Origin: Rhizophagus irregularis
Taxonomy: Eukaryota
Assembly: GCF_026210795.1 (NCBI RefSeq)
Contig: NC_089435.1
Coordinates: forward strand, 2,666,001-2,730,000
DNA: 64,000 bases
Reading direction: 5' to 3'
Numbering within the stretch: position 1 is the stretch's first letter; every line of letters begins with the position of its first letter. Shown here one piece after another: positions 37,891 through 52,416 of the stretch. Below the pieces are notes generated by a model. It saw nothing but the letters and a program-made list of their open reading frames with translations. It made no database searches and was not told the origin of the DNA. Made by a program: the position numbers and the translations under genes.

Positions 37891-40343
37891 AATTGCGGAT
37901 ACTTAATACGTGACGGGAAGGTTTTAATGAGATGAACAATTTTTCCGCGAAGGTTAGGAAGAAAGAGTGATTGATGAATTATATAATTTTTTTGTATAAA
38001 GTGTTTTATTATTATTATTATTATTATTTCTTACTGTTATTTTACTATTATGAAAAAAAAAAATTGTACGAAAAATTCGAAAAATTTCGTTTGTAAATTT
38101 ATTTGAAAAAAAAATTTTTTGTATTATTTATTATTTCTTTATTTTCTTTATCATTTTTTTTTATTTTTTTTTTATCCTTTTTTTTTTTGTTTTGTCATAT
38201 AAAAAAATTATACATATTATTTCTTTTTTTTTTTTTTGATTTCTATTATTAGAATTTTTATTTTTATAAAAGAATATACATATAAACTATTTTCTTTAAA
38301 TACATTTTATACAAAAAAAAAAAAAAAAATTAACATTTTTTAAAAATATATATTTTGTATATATACACAAATATTACAACATTTTTTTTTTTATTGATTT
38401 TTACTTGATGTTTTTTAGAAAAAAAAAAAAAGAAAAAAAAACGAGAAAAAATAAAATAAAATGAATTGTTATATATAAAGTACATAAATTCATATTATTT
38501 TTCATTTTTTATTTATATAATTTATCATAATTGATTTTTCGTCGTCTTTAACCGTGTCGTCACTCGTCAGTTGGGCGAGATCAACATTTTTATCGTATCC
38601 TATCAAAAATTAGTAAAAGATACTTTGGTGTAGTGCCACCTCAGGCATGCATACATGATTTACAAGGAAAGATTGTTACATTAGCAGTTAGTTTGTTGAT
38701 TGTAGTGTCGTTGATTCATTTCCACGTGTATTAAAATTCGTGATCGGAATCAATCGGTACGCTTCCTGTCATTCAAGTACAATAGAAGTACAATAGGGCG
38801 TGAGATTGAAATCACAGACAAAGATTTAAGAATATGTACGAGATCTGGAACCTCCTACGTTAACGTCACATATAGAATCAAACTTTTATAGCTCGTAACA
38901 ACCCGGCGGTTGAAGTGTTGAATCACTGATGAACACCAAAAAATCATCACTACAATCAGTACATAACATGTTTTTTAACAGGTTTGTTATCAGTCAATGA
39001 ATCCAATTTAAGGAAATATAATAAGATTAGTATCTTAAAGGATGAAATTAAAAAGTATGGAATGAATGGTCAAGAAAAAGAAAATGGTACGGCATCAGAC
39101 GTACAGTTATCAGACGTACGTAATGTATAATACGCAAATAAACTAATGATTAACACATGTTAATTATTGCCAGTTCGCCACGTACATATTTATGTGTTAA
39201 CTAATTAAAGTGATAATACTATTTTTTATTTTAAACTACTTTTTTAATTCATTCAAGTGATACGATGATAATAATAACACAATATATTAATTATAGTTAG
39301 GACCATTTTAAATGAAATTAATTGATCGTCAATATATTATTAGAATTGTTTGAAACACTTGTGTAATTTCTGGATTGTACCAAGTTATGCAAAAATTATG
39401 TAATTGTACTCGTACCTTAAGCCTTATATATATTTTATTTGTTACACTTTAAAAGAAAATTTTACAATAACGAGTATAAGAAGTATAATATAATTTTTTT
39501 TATTGTATATTCCCTAAAATAAAACTATAGTGTACTGTACATTATTTGACGCATTTAAATAAATACAAAACAATACTTTTAATAATCGACATTTTAAGGA
39601 ATACGTGTTTCTTGATGATGAGTGAGATTCATTTATTAGAATTATCTTGAAAAAGGAATTTTTATTTTTATCTCATACTTATTGTCATCAATATTATTAT
39701 GTTTGTATTTTGTATTATTAAAACTTATCATTTCTTAATTCGCATCTGCGCCATTAAATTATTTACAAAGCTCGATCGTCCTAGTATATAATTTTTCATG
39801 AACTAACCTAAATTCTGGCTAACATATCAATAACAATCATTTCAATCATTTACAAATTTTTATATTTTTCTTAGTAAATGTATAATTTTCTATTTAAAAT
39901 ATTTTTGTAAAAAATCATATAATTCTTTTTGAGACAAGTTTGGTTTTTTGGTAATACAAGCATATGAATTTCTGATTATTGTGTTTCAAAATAACTGTTG
40001 AGTTTTTTTCGTTTTAATTCATTTAATACTATATTGAGTAAATAATAAGTCTCGAAATTTTTAATTTAAAATGGTAAAATAAAAAAAGAAACCAAAAATA
40101 TGTCTTAAAGTGATTTGCATTAAAAGTAATAAATCAATAAAACAAACCTTATATATAAGTAAACTATATACTAGAATTAGAAACGTTGTTTATCCAAATC
40201 TGGTAAAAATTTACTTATTCCTTGTTAATAGAAGCCCATACCATTTTTTAGATTACTTAATATAGTATGATAATGATTAAAAAAATATAAAATATATTTT
40301 CGTTGAAAATAATTTATCTTATAGTTTCAGTGTTTCTTTAAAC

Positions 40344-41975
40344 ATGGTTGACATATGTTTCTATTGTAATTGTCTGACTTGCATTTGCAAATTATTACAA
40401 CCGGATTGGACTAGCGGAAATAAATACATCGACAAGTTTATCAAAGAGGCTCAATTGAAAGTAAACGTAAATTTAGATGAAATTATCATAGAATGGATTC
40501 CTTTTAATGGATTAAGAAATATTAAATATTTAGCTCATGGCGGTTTCAGTACCATTTATAAGGCAATTTGGTTAGATGGATATATAATTTCTAGTGACAA
40601 AAGACATCGTGATCCACTTAATTATGAGGATCATAAAATTGCAAAAGAAAAAGATGTCAAGTCACCACTTAATAAAAATGAAAAAAAGGGAGTTCATGTT
40701 GCATTAAAAAGCTTAAAAAATTCTTCAAATATTAGTGATGATTTCATAAATGAAGTAAGTTTTTTTTTTTTAAAAAAAAAAGCATATGCAGTATTTATTT
40801 TGATAAAATTATTTATTTATATTTAATATTTAGTTGAAAAATCATTTACAATGTATGAATTCAAATGTTTCGTCAGCAGTACGCATATTTGGAATAACCC
40901 AAGATCCAGAAACATCGAATTACATGATAGTAATGGAATTAATAAATGGAGGAAATTTAAGATCTAATTTATTAATAAAAAAATATAATCCATTTGAAAA
41001 ATACTATAATTTAGCGTGTATAGCATATGTACTTCTAAAATTACACAGATGTAATATAATCCATGGTGATTTCCACAGTGGAAATATTCTTATACATTAT
41101 AGCTATAGTCCATGTTATATAAGCGATTTTGGATTAAGTAGACCAGTAAATCAAACTATTAATTCGAATGAAATTTATGGGGTGATTCCTTATATGGCTC
41201 CAGAGGTATTACGTGGGAAATCATATACTAAAGCAGCTGATATTTATTCTTTTGGAATTATTATGTGGGAATTTACATCTGGTATTCCTGCTTTTAGCAA
41301 TAGGCCTCATGATTTTAATCTTTCTTTAGATATTTGTAAAGGTTTGAGACCAGAAATTGTTAAAAGTACATTGCCAGTTTATGCAAGTTTAATGAAGAGG
41401 TGTTGGGATTCTAATCCTAATAAAAGACCAACAGCTGAAGAATTACATCAAATCACTGCTTTTTGGTGTGATTATTTTCCGAAATGTTACGAGAATAAAA
41501 GGAATAAAATTCCTAGTAAGTTAAAAAAAAAAATGAATGACTTTATTGAAAAATTATTATCAATTATAAGATTACTATATTTATTTTAAACCTTTATCTA
41601 CTAGGCAATGAACAAATTACAAAGAATCATCCATTATCTTGTTACACAAGCAGAAAAATCGATTACTCTGCAAAAATAAATGAAATTTTATCTCAGGAAG
41701 AACTAAGCAATAAAATCGTAATAGATGAAGAAAAAGAAATTATCAATGATATAACATCATTAAGTAAAAATTTAGGTAAAAAAAAAAAACATTATACCAA
41801 ATTTTTTAACATCTTTTATTATAATTTTTTCTTATTTTTCAAAAAATTTTAATTTTATACTTTTTTTTAAAAAAAAATTTTCAACTTAGAAAACTTTAGA
41901 ATTCCCGATTTAAAGAAAATTTTAAAAGAGGAAAACTTTAGAATTCCCGATTTAAAGAAAATTTTAAAAGAGTAG
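40344..41975 (+). CDS. TKL-like protein kinase, tandem copy 1 (exons 40344-40754, 40834-41515, 41605-41775, 41890-41975)
   Basis: GGFSTIY, VALK, HGDFHSGN, DFG, YMAPE, DIYSFG; canonical introns. Confidence 0.9.
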
Positions 41976-42593
41976 ACAATTGAGATTATATTTGTATTTG
42001 TAATTATTTATTATTTTTTTGTACCATTAATTTTTGCAAAAAAAAAATTTTTTTTTCTTAATTTTTTTGCGAAGAATCAACCGAATCAGGACTAATGAAT
42101 GTTTGAAATTGTTTATTTTAGATTACTTACTTTATAGATAAAAATTTCGATTTTTTTTTTTTAATAATACATTTTAAAAATATGGTGTATTTCGCATAGA
42201 TAGATATAAAATTTGTAACTATTTATTGTACTATATAATTCTAAATTCCTAAATATATAGACTTTTTTTGTTAATAAACAATAAATAATAAAAATCTTAT
42301 TGAATTTTTTTTTTTAAATGAATAAATGAATATTAATAATAAAATAAATAAAATCGGAACAGTCCTATTTTAGCAACATTTGATACATATGATATAATAT
42401 GTTGAGAATTTCTATTTAGTTGGATATTCTATGTAGAATAAAAGAATTTTTCTTGTGTAATTCTTCGGAATAATTAACTCCGTTAATGTGGATTATCATG
42501 TATTACTAATACATGATAATTCAGATATATAGGTTATTTGTTGAAAATCAACATACATAAATATAACTTCGTAATTTCAGTGTTTCTTTAAAC

Positions 42594-44192
42594 ATGGTTG
42601 ACGTATGTTTCCGTTGTAACCGAGTAAAAACTGGTATTTATTGTCTGACTTGCATTAGCAAATTATTACAACCTAATTGGACTAGCGGAAATAAATACAT
42701 CGACAAGTTTATCAAAGAGGCTCAATTGAAAGTAAACAGTTATGGTGCATTTATAGAATGGATTCCTTTTAATAGATTAAGAAATATTAAATATTTAGCT
42801 CATGGCGGTTTCAGTACCATTTATAAGGCAATTTGGTTAGATGGTATATAAGTTCTGTCGCAAGATATCGTAATTTACTTAATTGTGAGGATCATAAAAT
42901 TGCAAAAGAAAAAGATGTCAAGTCACCACTTAATAAAAATGAAAAAGAGGGAGTTCATGTTGCATTAAAAAGCTTAAAAAATTCTTCAAATATTAGTGAT
43001 GATTTCTTAAATGAAGTAAGTTTTTTTTTTTTAAAAAAAAATATATATATGCAGTATTTATTTTGATAAAATAACTTTATTATTTATTTTATATTTAATT
43101 AATATTTAGTTGAAAAATCATTTACACTGTTTGAGTTCAGATGATTTGTCAACAGTACGCATATTTGGAATAACCCAAGATCCAGAAACATCGAATTACA
43201 TGATAGTAATGGAATTAATGAATGGAGGAAATTTAAGATCTAATTTATTAATAAAAAAATATAATCCACTTGAAAAATACTATAATTTAATGCGTATAGC
43301 AAATGCACTTCGAACTTTACATGAATGTAATATAATCCATGGTGATTTCCACAGTGGAAATGTTCTTTTAAATAGTAATATTTCCTATAGTTCATTTTAT
43401 ATAAGCGATTTCGGATTAAGTAGACCAGTAAATCAAACTATTAATTCGAATGAAATTTATGGAGTGATTCCTTATATGGCTCCAGAGGTATTACGTGGTA
43501 AACCATATACTAAAGCTGCTGATATTTATTCTTTTGGAATTATTATGTGGGAATATACATCTGGTATTCCTGCTTTCAACAATAGACCTCATGATTTTAA
43601 TCTTTCTTTAGATATTTGTAAAGGTTTGAGACCGGAAATTTTTAAAGGTACATTGCCGGTTTATGCAAGATTAATGAAGAGGTGTTGGGATTCTGATCCT
43701 AATAAAAGACCAACAGCTGATGAATTATATCAAATCATTTATTTTTGGTATGATTATTTACCGAAATGTTACGAGAATGATAGGGTAATTCCTAGTAAGT
43801 TAAAAAAGAATTGAATGACTTTATTGAAAATTATTATCTATTATAAGATTACTTTATTTATTTTAAACCGTTTATTTACTAGGCAATGAACAAATTACAA
43901 AGAATCATCCATTATCTTGTTACACAAGCAGAAAAATCGATTACTCTGCAAAAATAAATGAAATTTTATCTCAGGAAGAACTAAGCACTAAAATCGTAAT
44001 AGATGAAAAAAAAGGAATTATTAATGATATAACATTATTAAGTGAAAATTTAGGTAAAAAAAAAAAATTTATATACCAAATTTTTTAAACATGTTTTATT
44101 ATAATTTTTACTTATTTTTCAAAAAATTTTAATTTTATACTTTTTTTTAAAAAAAAATTTTCAACTTAGAAAACTTTAGAATTCCCGATTAA
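42594..44192 (+). pseudogene. TKL-like kinase copy 2 with a 1-nt frameshift in exon 1
   Basis: GATGGTATATAA at ~42840-42851 versus GATGGATATATA in copies 1 and 3; otherwise intact, so could be a sequencing error. Confidence 0.75.
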
Positions 44193-44363
44193 AGAAAATT
44201 TTAAAAGAGTAGACAATTGAGATTATATTGTATTTGTAATTATTTATTATTTTTTTGTACCATTAATTTTTGCAAAAAAAAAATTTTTTTTTTTCTTAAT
44301 TTTTTTGCGAAGAATCAACCGAATCAGGACTAGTGAAAGTTTGGAATTATTTATTCTAGATTA

Positions 44364-44552
44364 TCTCATGTTTACTAATTGGTCGCCAGTGATTTTTTGA
44401 TGATATATTCATGCCTGTAATGTTTCTGATGATATTTTTCATGCTCACGTGTTTTTATAGTCTTTCCACTTTTTCCCATCACTGGACGGAGTTATTTCAC
44501 GTGTCGTATAAATATTATGATTTTCACGGCGCAGCCGTGAAAATCATCAACT
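44364..44552. mobile_element. ~190-bp insertion with terminal hairpin (Helitron/Helentron-like)
   Basis: Absent from the paralogous spacer at ~42121 (GATTA|CTTACT); 14-bp stem ATGATTTTCACGGC-GCA-GCCGTGAAAATCAT at 44517-44547. Confidence 0.65.
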
Positions 44553-45027
44553 CTTACTATGTAGATAAAAATTTCTATTTTTTTTTAATAATATATTTTA
44601 AAAATATGGTGTATTTCGTATAGGTAGATATAAAGTTTAGTAACCATTTATTATATATAATTCTAAATTCTTAAATATATATATAAACTTTTTTGTTAAT
44701 AAGCAATAAAAATCTTAGTTTATTGAATTTTCTTTTTTTAATGAATAAATGACGGAATAATAATAATAAAAATAAATAAAATCTGAACAGTCCTATTTTA
44801 ACAACATTTGATATAGTACATGATATAATATGTTGAGAATATCTATTTAATTAGATATAAAAAAATATTCTATGTAAAATAAAAGATATTCTCGTGTGAT
44901 TCTTCGGAATTAATTAACTCCGTTAATGTAATACATGATAATCCAGATGACCTTATTAGGTTATTTGTTGAAATCAACATATATAAATAATATAACTTCG
45001 TAATTTCAGCGTTTCAGTTCTTTAAAC

Positions 45028-46609
45028 ATGTTGGACGTATGTTTCGATTGTAAACGACCAAAAACCGGTGATTTATGCCGAAAATGCATTAGTGAATTAT
45101 TACAACCGAATTGGACTAGCGGAAATAAATACATCGACAAGTTTATCCAAGAGGCTCAACTAAAAGCAAATAATTCTTATGAAATTATAGAATGGATTCC
45201 TTTTAATAGATTAAGAAATATTGAATATTTAGCTCATGGCGGTTTCAGTACCATTTATAAGGCAATTTGGTTAGATGGATATATAAATTATGGTGTCAAA
45301 AGACATCGTAATCCACTTAATTATGAGGATCATAAAATTGCAAAAGAAAAAGATGTCAAGTCACCACTTAATAAAAATGAAAAAGAGGGAATTCGCGTTG
45401 CATTAAAAAGCTTAAAAAATTCTTCAAATATTAGTGATTATTTCTTAAATGAAGTAAGTTTTCTTTCAAAAAAAAAAAACATGTGCAGCATTTATTTTAA
45501 TAAAATAACTTATTATTTATTTATATTTGATTAATATTTAGTTGAAAAATCATTTACAATGTATGTTGAGTTCAAATGCAGCAGCAGTACCCATGTTTGG
45601 AATAACCCAAGATCCAGAAACATCGAACTACCTGATAGTAATGAATTTAATGAATGGAGGAAATTTAAGATCTAATTTATTAATAATAAAATATAATCCA
45701 CTTGAAAAATATGAAGATTTAGCGGATATTGCATATGCACTTCTAACTTTACATAAACGTAATTTAGTTCATGGTGATTTCCATAGTGGAAATATCCTTT
45801 GTAGTAGTAATGTTGCCTCTATAAATTATATAAGTGATTTTGGATTAAGTAGACCAGTAAATCAAACTATTAATTCGAATGAAATTTATGGAGTGATTCC
45901 TTATATGGCTCCAGAGGTATTACGTGGTAAACCATATACTAAAGCAGCCGATATTTATTCTTTTGGAATTATTATGTGGGAATTTACATCTGGTATTCCT
46001 ACTTTCAACGATAGACCTCATGATTTTAATCTTTCTTTAGATATTTGTAAAGGTTTGAGACCAGAAATCGTTAAAGGTACATTGCCAGTTTATGCAAGAT
46101 TAATGAAGAGGTGTTGGGATTCTGATCCTAATAAAAGGCCAACAGCTGATGAATTAAATCAAATCATTTTTTTTTGGTATAACTATTATCCGAAAGACTT
46201 TGGTAATAAAATTATAGCTGTCCCTAGTGAGTTATAAAATTTTTTATTTCATTTAATTATTCGGATTTCTTTTATCAAATTATTATAAAAAGTCTATTAA
46301 AATATTTATTTAGGTAATGAACTAATTACTAAGAATCATCCATTATCTTGCTACACAAGCAGAAAAATAAATTACTCTGCAAAAATAAATGAAATTTTAT
46401 CTCAGGAAGAATTAAGCACTAAATTCGTAATAGATGAAAAAAAAGGAATTATTAATGAAATAACATTATTAAGTGAAAGTTTAGGTAAAAAAAAAAATAT
46501 TATGCCAAATTTTTTTAACCTTTTTATTACTGTAATTTACTTTTCAAACATTTTAATTTTATACTTTTTTAACATTTTCAACTTAGATAACTTTATAATT
46601 TCTGATTAA
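45028..46609 (+). CDS. TKL-like protein kinase, tandem copy 3 (4 exons)
   Basis: Same motifs and intron positions as copy 1; N-terminal CxxC..CxxC. Confidence 0.9.
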
Positions 46610-47737
46610 TGAGAGGATCCCAGAATACAAGAAATTTTATATAGTGAACCTTATCTAGAAAAATAGGTAAAGCTTACAGTCAAATTTAATTAAAGTGCAC
46701 CGAAATTAACAAAAATATACATAAAATTTAATTGAAAATTTTAGTTAAAATGTACTACTATAAAACTTTATGTTTTAACTACAATATGTACGACAAAAAT
46801 TTTAATCATCATTATCACTTATTCTATTTTTCATAATTTTACAGTATTTACAAATTACAATGCTATTTGCCAATGATAATAATTGCAAGTCAGATAACCA
46901 TAACACTTTATCTGCCATTTTGATGTACCATGAAAATAACTTTTTACATTATCGGTGCAAATTAATGATCAGATATCACAAAAAATCTGGTATGAATTCA
47001 ACTAGCGTCCAACTCCATCTAGCGTTTCAGCTTTAATATAACTTGTACCACGTTTCTATCATAGTGACAGTTTTAACCTCTAAATCTAAAATTTTTATAA
47101 ATAATTAGACATATCACAAACACTGCTATAATTTCTGCGATAAAAATTGATGGCGTTTCATCCACAAAAAAGAAATAATTTTCAGCTTTAAATTTGATGA
47201 CAAACATGATGGATGTAGATCAATAGTGATGCTAAATGTGGTAATTTCTAATTAAAAAGTAGGCAATTGACTATATTATATTCGTAACTATTTTTTGTAT
47301 TGCAAAAAATTTTAGCGTAGAATAAACTGAATCAGCAGGACTATTCAAAGTTGAAATTGTTTATTTAGATTACTTGATTTTTTTGATAATAAAAATATGG
47401 TGTATTTCTACTAGTAGGTAGATATAAAATTTGCAACAATTTAATATATATAATTCTAAATTCATATATATAAATATATAAACTTTTTTTTGTTGATAAT
47501 AAACAACAAAAATCTTAGTTTATTTAATTTATTTTTTTTTTTATGAATACAGTATTAAAAATAAAATAAATAAAATCTGAACAGTCCTATTTCAAAAATA
47601 TGATATAATATGTTGAAAATATTTATTTAATTAGAGTAAACATATTCTATGTATAGATTTCTCTTTTGTAATTCTTCGAAATTTAAAATTTATAAAGTTA
47701 AAACTAACTCCGTTAGTGTAATACACGATAAGCCAAT

Positions 47738-47951
47738 TAGTGTTTCGATCCGGATAAAACCTCAAATATTTTAACGTGGGATTATGATTAAAAAAGGTTA
47801 CAAATTTCGGCTTTGAGTGGACTATAATTTCGGCCAGAATTAAAATAATATTATTCCATAAATTTTTATTAATTTTGGTGGTCCCAACCTAAATTAACCG
47901 AGCCGGTATCCGGATAAAAACCGGATAAAACCGCTACGGATCGAAACTCTA
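47738..47951. mobile_element. hAT-like MITE, 214 bp, upstream of kinase copy 4
   Basis: TIR TAGTGTTTCGATCCG...CGGATCGAAACTCTA; 8-bp TSD AAGCCAAT; CCGGATAAAA subterminal repeats; absent at the paralogous site (~44935). Confidence 0.92.
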
Positions 47952-48069
47952 AAGCCAATCATTTTTATTTAGATGACCTTATATAGATTAATTTGTTTGA
48001 AAATCAACCAACATAAATATAACTTCGTTGGAATTTCATAATTTCAGTGTTTTTTTAAATACTGTATTA

Positions 48070-48688
48070 ATGGCATACATAACATATATTTTAATTGTAA
48101 ACGACCAAATACTGGTCTTAGGTGCCTGACTTGCATTGGCAAATTATTACAACAGAATTAGACTAGCGGAAATAAATACATTGCAAGTTTATCCAAGAGG
48201 CTCATTAACAGTCAACGTGACTTTATAGAATAGATTCCTTTAAAAGATTAAGAATTATCGAATATCTAACTCATGGTGGTTTATAAGGCAATTTGGTTAG
48301 ATGGGTTTATAACTTTTGGTAATAGTGTCCAAGAGGATTATGAAATTGCAAAAGAAAAAAATGTCAAGTCACCACTTAATAAAAATGAAAAATAAATTCT
48401 TCGAATATTAGTATTTATTTTGATAAATAACTTAATTTTTAGATGAAAAATCATTTACAATGTGTGAGTTCAAATGCTTTGTCAACTGTACGCATTTTTG
48501 GAATAACTCAAGGTCCAGAAACATCGATAGTAATGCCTTTAGCAAATGAAGGATCTAATTTATTAATAAAAAAAAATATAATCCACTTGAAAAATATCAA
48601 AATTGCAAGTGTACTTCTAAATTTACATAAAAGTAATTTAATTCATGATGATTTCCACAGTGGAAATATTCTTTTGGATAATACTATT
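48070..48688 (+). pseudogene. TKL-like kinase copy 4, degraded and truncated
   Basis: Similar to copies 1-3 with stops and deletions; ends just after HDDFHSGNILL at a CCCTATAAAAAA terminus (48689). Confidence 0.85.
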
Positions 48689-51108
48689 CCCTATAAAAAA
48701 ATTGGATACGTTTTTTATAAAGTTTTTATACGATTTTTTTCCTTAGAAATAACGTATCATAATAGGATACGGAAAAATGCACAATTCCGTATCACTAAAA
48801 ATATATTGATACTGTTGATGACTACAGAACTTTAGTTTCAAACTAATTGCACACGTATTTCACGCTTCGTTATGTATGCCTTTGCCTCTTTGTTAAACGT
48901 TGGGTTTTTCCTTTGTGTATCACTTTGCAACGTATTGGTTGAACATTCATGTGCATGCAGTTAACTTGTTTATATAAACCCTTACTTTGATGAGTTTGAT
49001 CTTCCGATCTTCCTTTCTGTCTTTCCTTTCCTTTCTCTTTTCTCGTCTTATTTTTGTTATTTTTTCTAAAATTTTCTTCTTTTTTCGTCACCCCCCTTTT
49101 AAAAAAAAAATTTTTTTTTTCGTACCTCACTTTATAAAAGTTTTTTTTCGTCACTCTCCTTTAAAAGAAAAATTTTTTTGATTTTATTCTTTTATTTCCA
49201 CTCTTCTTTTTTTTTTAAAAAAAAATTTTTTCTATTTCCTCTTCATAAAAATTTTTTAACTTTACTAACTTCGTTACCCCTCTTTTTAAAAAAATATTTT
49301 TTTTTGATTTATTCTTTATTCCCCTTTCTTTTTTATTTATATTTATCCCTTTTTTATTTCATAGGCCAGCAGATTTTTTTTTTTGTGAGAAGATTCAGTT
49401 TTTTTTTTCTTTTTTGTAGATCAGTTTGGGAGTCCTTTCCTTTCTGTAGGATGGTTCAGGATTTTTTCTTTTTTTAGGTCAGTTCAAATTTTCTTTTTTT
49501 TTTGTAAGTTGGGTTCAGATTCTTTTCTTTTTGTAGGTTGTTTCAGTTTTGTTGCTTCAGAGTCTTCTTTTTTGTAGGTCAGTTTTGGATTTATTTTGTT
49601 GTTTTGGTTTCTTTTTCATCAGACGCTTCATAATTCTTTTCTTTCATGTAGGTCAGACATTCTGGAGTTCTCTTTCTTTTTTTGTAGGAATGGGCGTTAC
49701 CGGTGTCAGCACTTGAAACGGATTGTTATAAAAACACCAGAATACCGAGCACCCTGAAATTTTCACTGTATGTCTCAAGCATTACTTTCTATCATCTATG
49801 CGAGTGGAACGTTTTCGTTTTATTTCAGTTCCATAAGTAGTGGACCACAAATGCCGTTTGTTTTGAATAGAACATAACTCCCAAATCTCTTAAGCCATAA
49901 ACATCTGATTTTTACTGCGGATTTATGAAATGGCAAACGATGGCATAGATAAGAAACCGAAAAATAGGGGAGAGTTCAGTTATCCAACAAATGGGGGATT
50001 TTTGTGTCCCTAAGAACGGTTGTAATTTCCATTAAAGCTGCGTGTGCCTCACGAATTATAAGGCGTTTTGTAACGTGTCCGCACTTGCAGTACAAATGCC
50101 CGCCTAGTACGAGTCTGAGACCCAGGATAATATACCGAAACCTCTGCTTCATACCCAGAGGATAGTTTACCTGAAGGAGATACTCCGGAGGAACTTGAAG
50201 AGAGGCGTGGTAGCTTTAAGTCTTATAGTAACGGTTAACGTTATTAAGAATTACACTGTATAGTACAAAGATTGCTCTAAAGTCACCTCATTTTTGTCCT
50301 ATTTGTATAATAGTGGGCTTTGCCCTGAATGTGAGCTTCGCTTAGTTACACTCTTGCCACCCTTTGGACTAAAGTCTCAACAACGCCTGGTAATTATAAT
50401 AACATATAAATGTTTGTTATCAATGACAGGGTCGTACATTATTACGTACCTAATATCTCCAGTGAACGTCTTACTTCTCTCTCAACCACGCTTCTTATTC
50501 GTTCATTGTTAATAACAATCAATTGTAAGTATGAATGTTAATCCATGCGGTCATTTTCTTTTAGGAATGAATCCCAGTATTAGTGAATATTATAATGGCT
50601 AGTTACGCAGATAATTTGTCACATGTTCTGAATGGTACACATGGATAGATGAAATGTTATTGATAACTGTTTTTGTTCTCCCATCCAAGTGTAGTAGAGT
50701 AAAATTTTATACACCTAAACAAGATCATGCTGATAGTTAAATTTACTAATACGATAATATTACACAAAAAATATACATTTGGATATTAAAAATTCTAATA
50801 ATAATAAATTAATTAATTTTATAGTCGATATGATTGCAAATACTGTATATTTATTATTTAAACATTAACATAAATATCAGTCTGTCAAAATCAGCATAAT
50901 CCTAATAGACATAGGCTGATCAATAAAAAGATAATTAATTTCTTAGTATTACGAATTTATATATAAATAACAGCACATGTATTGTTTGTAGTTGTTAATA
51001 ATTATTTATTTTTATAAATTTATCACAATAAATTTTATTTTTAAAATTATTAGCAATATTGGCAAAATAACAATAAATAAATAAATAATAACCCTAGTAA
51101 TGTTTTCA

Positions 51109-52388
51109 TCTATATAACTAAAAAAATTGGTCATGTTTAGATTACCGTATATAAATAATTTGAATTGTGTAATATGAAACACATGATCTGCCGCGCCTAA
51201 TCTATTCCATATTAGGTTAGTAATACTAAAAAAATTCCTGTGTAACCTAACGTTTAGATTAGCTGCCACATGATTTGTCTACGCTTGAAAAATTACTAAT
51301 ATAAAATACTTTAAATTATTTTTATTTCTGGTAATTAAAGTTTTGCTAATATTAATAAGTAATAGACAATTAAACTTATTAAGTTAATAAATTGTAAATT
51401 TTTTTAAAAACAGTATCGCTCTTCTTTTTTACAATTAGTAATTTTTTTTATTTTTTTTTTTAGGATTTTTTTTTTAATTTAGAAATTTTTTCAGATTTTT
51501 TTTTCCGACAATAGATCGGACTTTGTCTTTCTTTATGTTCGGTACTGACATTTACTAATATTAATTAGTAATAGTTAGTTCTCGGTTATAAAAAAAATTT
51601 ACTTTTTTTTTGATTGGCGTCATTCTAATACTATTAAGTAATAGTTCTATCGATTTTTTTAGTAATAACAATAAGTTTTGGTGATAAGAATATTTTTTTT
51701 TTTTTGTAACAATAGATTTGATAATGGAAATTTTTTTTTGGTATAAATTTTTTTTAAATAGATTACTATGATATAATCTTCTGTAATAATACATTCATAT
51801 GATGGTATTCTTGGTGATGAGAAATTTTTTTTTTTTTTGTAACATTTAATTAATTTTGCGATGAGTCTGTAAACATATAATTAAACCATAAATTCTATAA
51901 TGCAACATTTGTTTAAGTTATTGTAATACTAAATTATTTTAATTTAATCATATTATAAACATACCTCACATTATTGTATTGTAAATATTGTAAATATAAA
52001 TACTGTATGTTCAGTATTATACAAAAATTAAATTGTTAGTCCAATATTAATAAATACAAATCTACATAACTACTTCAAGAAATTTTTCTAATATGTAAAA
52101 GAATTTTTCTATATAAAAAAATTTTTTCTAAAGGTACTGACTACCTTTCAGACCCCTTTCTTAGGTTTTTTTTTCACCTTTTTAAATTTTTATTTTATTT
52201 AATTTTATTATTTGTTTTATTTTGAATTATTTATTTACTTTCAATTCTTCAATTTCTAATTACAAACAAAATTAGTATTATATAAGTAACAAAATTTCTA
52301 AACATAAATCAGAATTTTCTTTTCAATACATATTACTATAATATGCAATTAATATATATCCCGGCGCAGCGCGACGGGTTACAGCTAG
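51109..52388 (+). mobile_element. Non-autonomous Helitron
   Basis: 5' A|TCTATATAACTA; 3' GC hairpin CCCGGCGCAGCGCGACGGG (52360-52378) then CTAG|T; no TSD; 5' end less certain than 3' end. Confidence 0.75.
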
Positions 52389-52416
52389 TTTTATCTAAAT
52401 TTAAATAAAAAAATTT

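Noticed and set aside
48870..49477. K-rich and F-rich ORFs
   Set aside because: Artefacts of poly-T low-complexity sequence
49700..50700. Degraded retroelement fragment
   Set aside because: Raised GC but no RT, endonuclease or RNase H motif could be read
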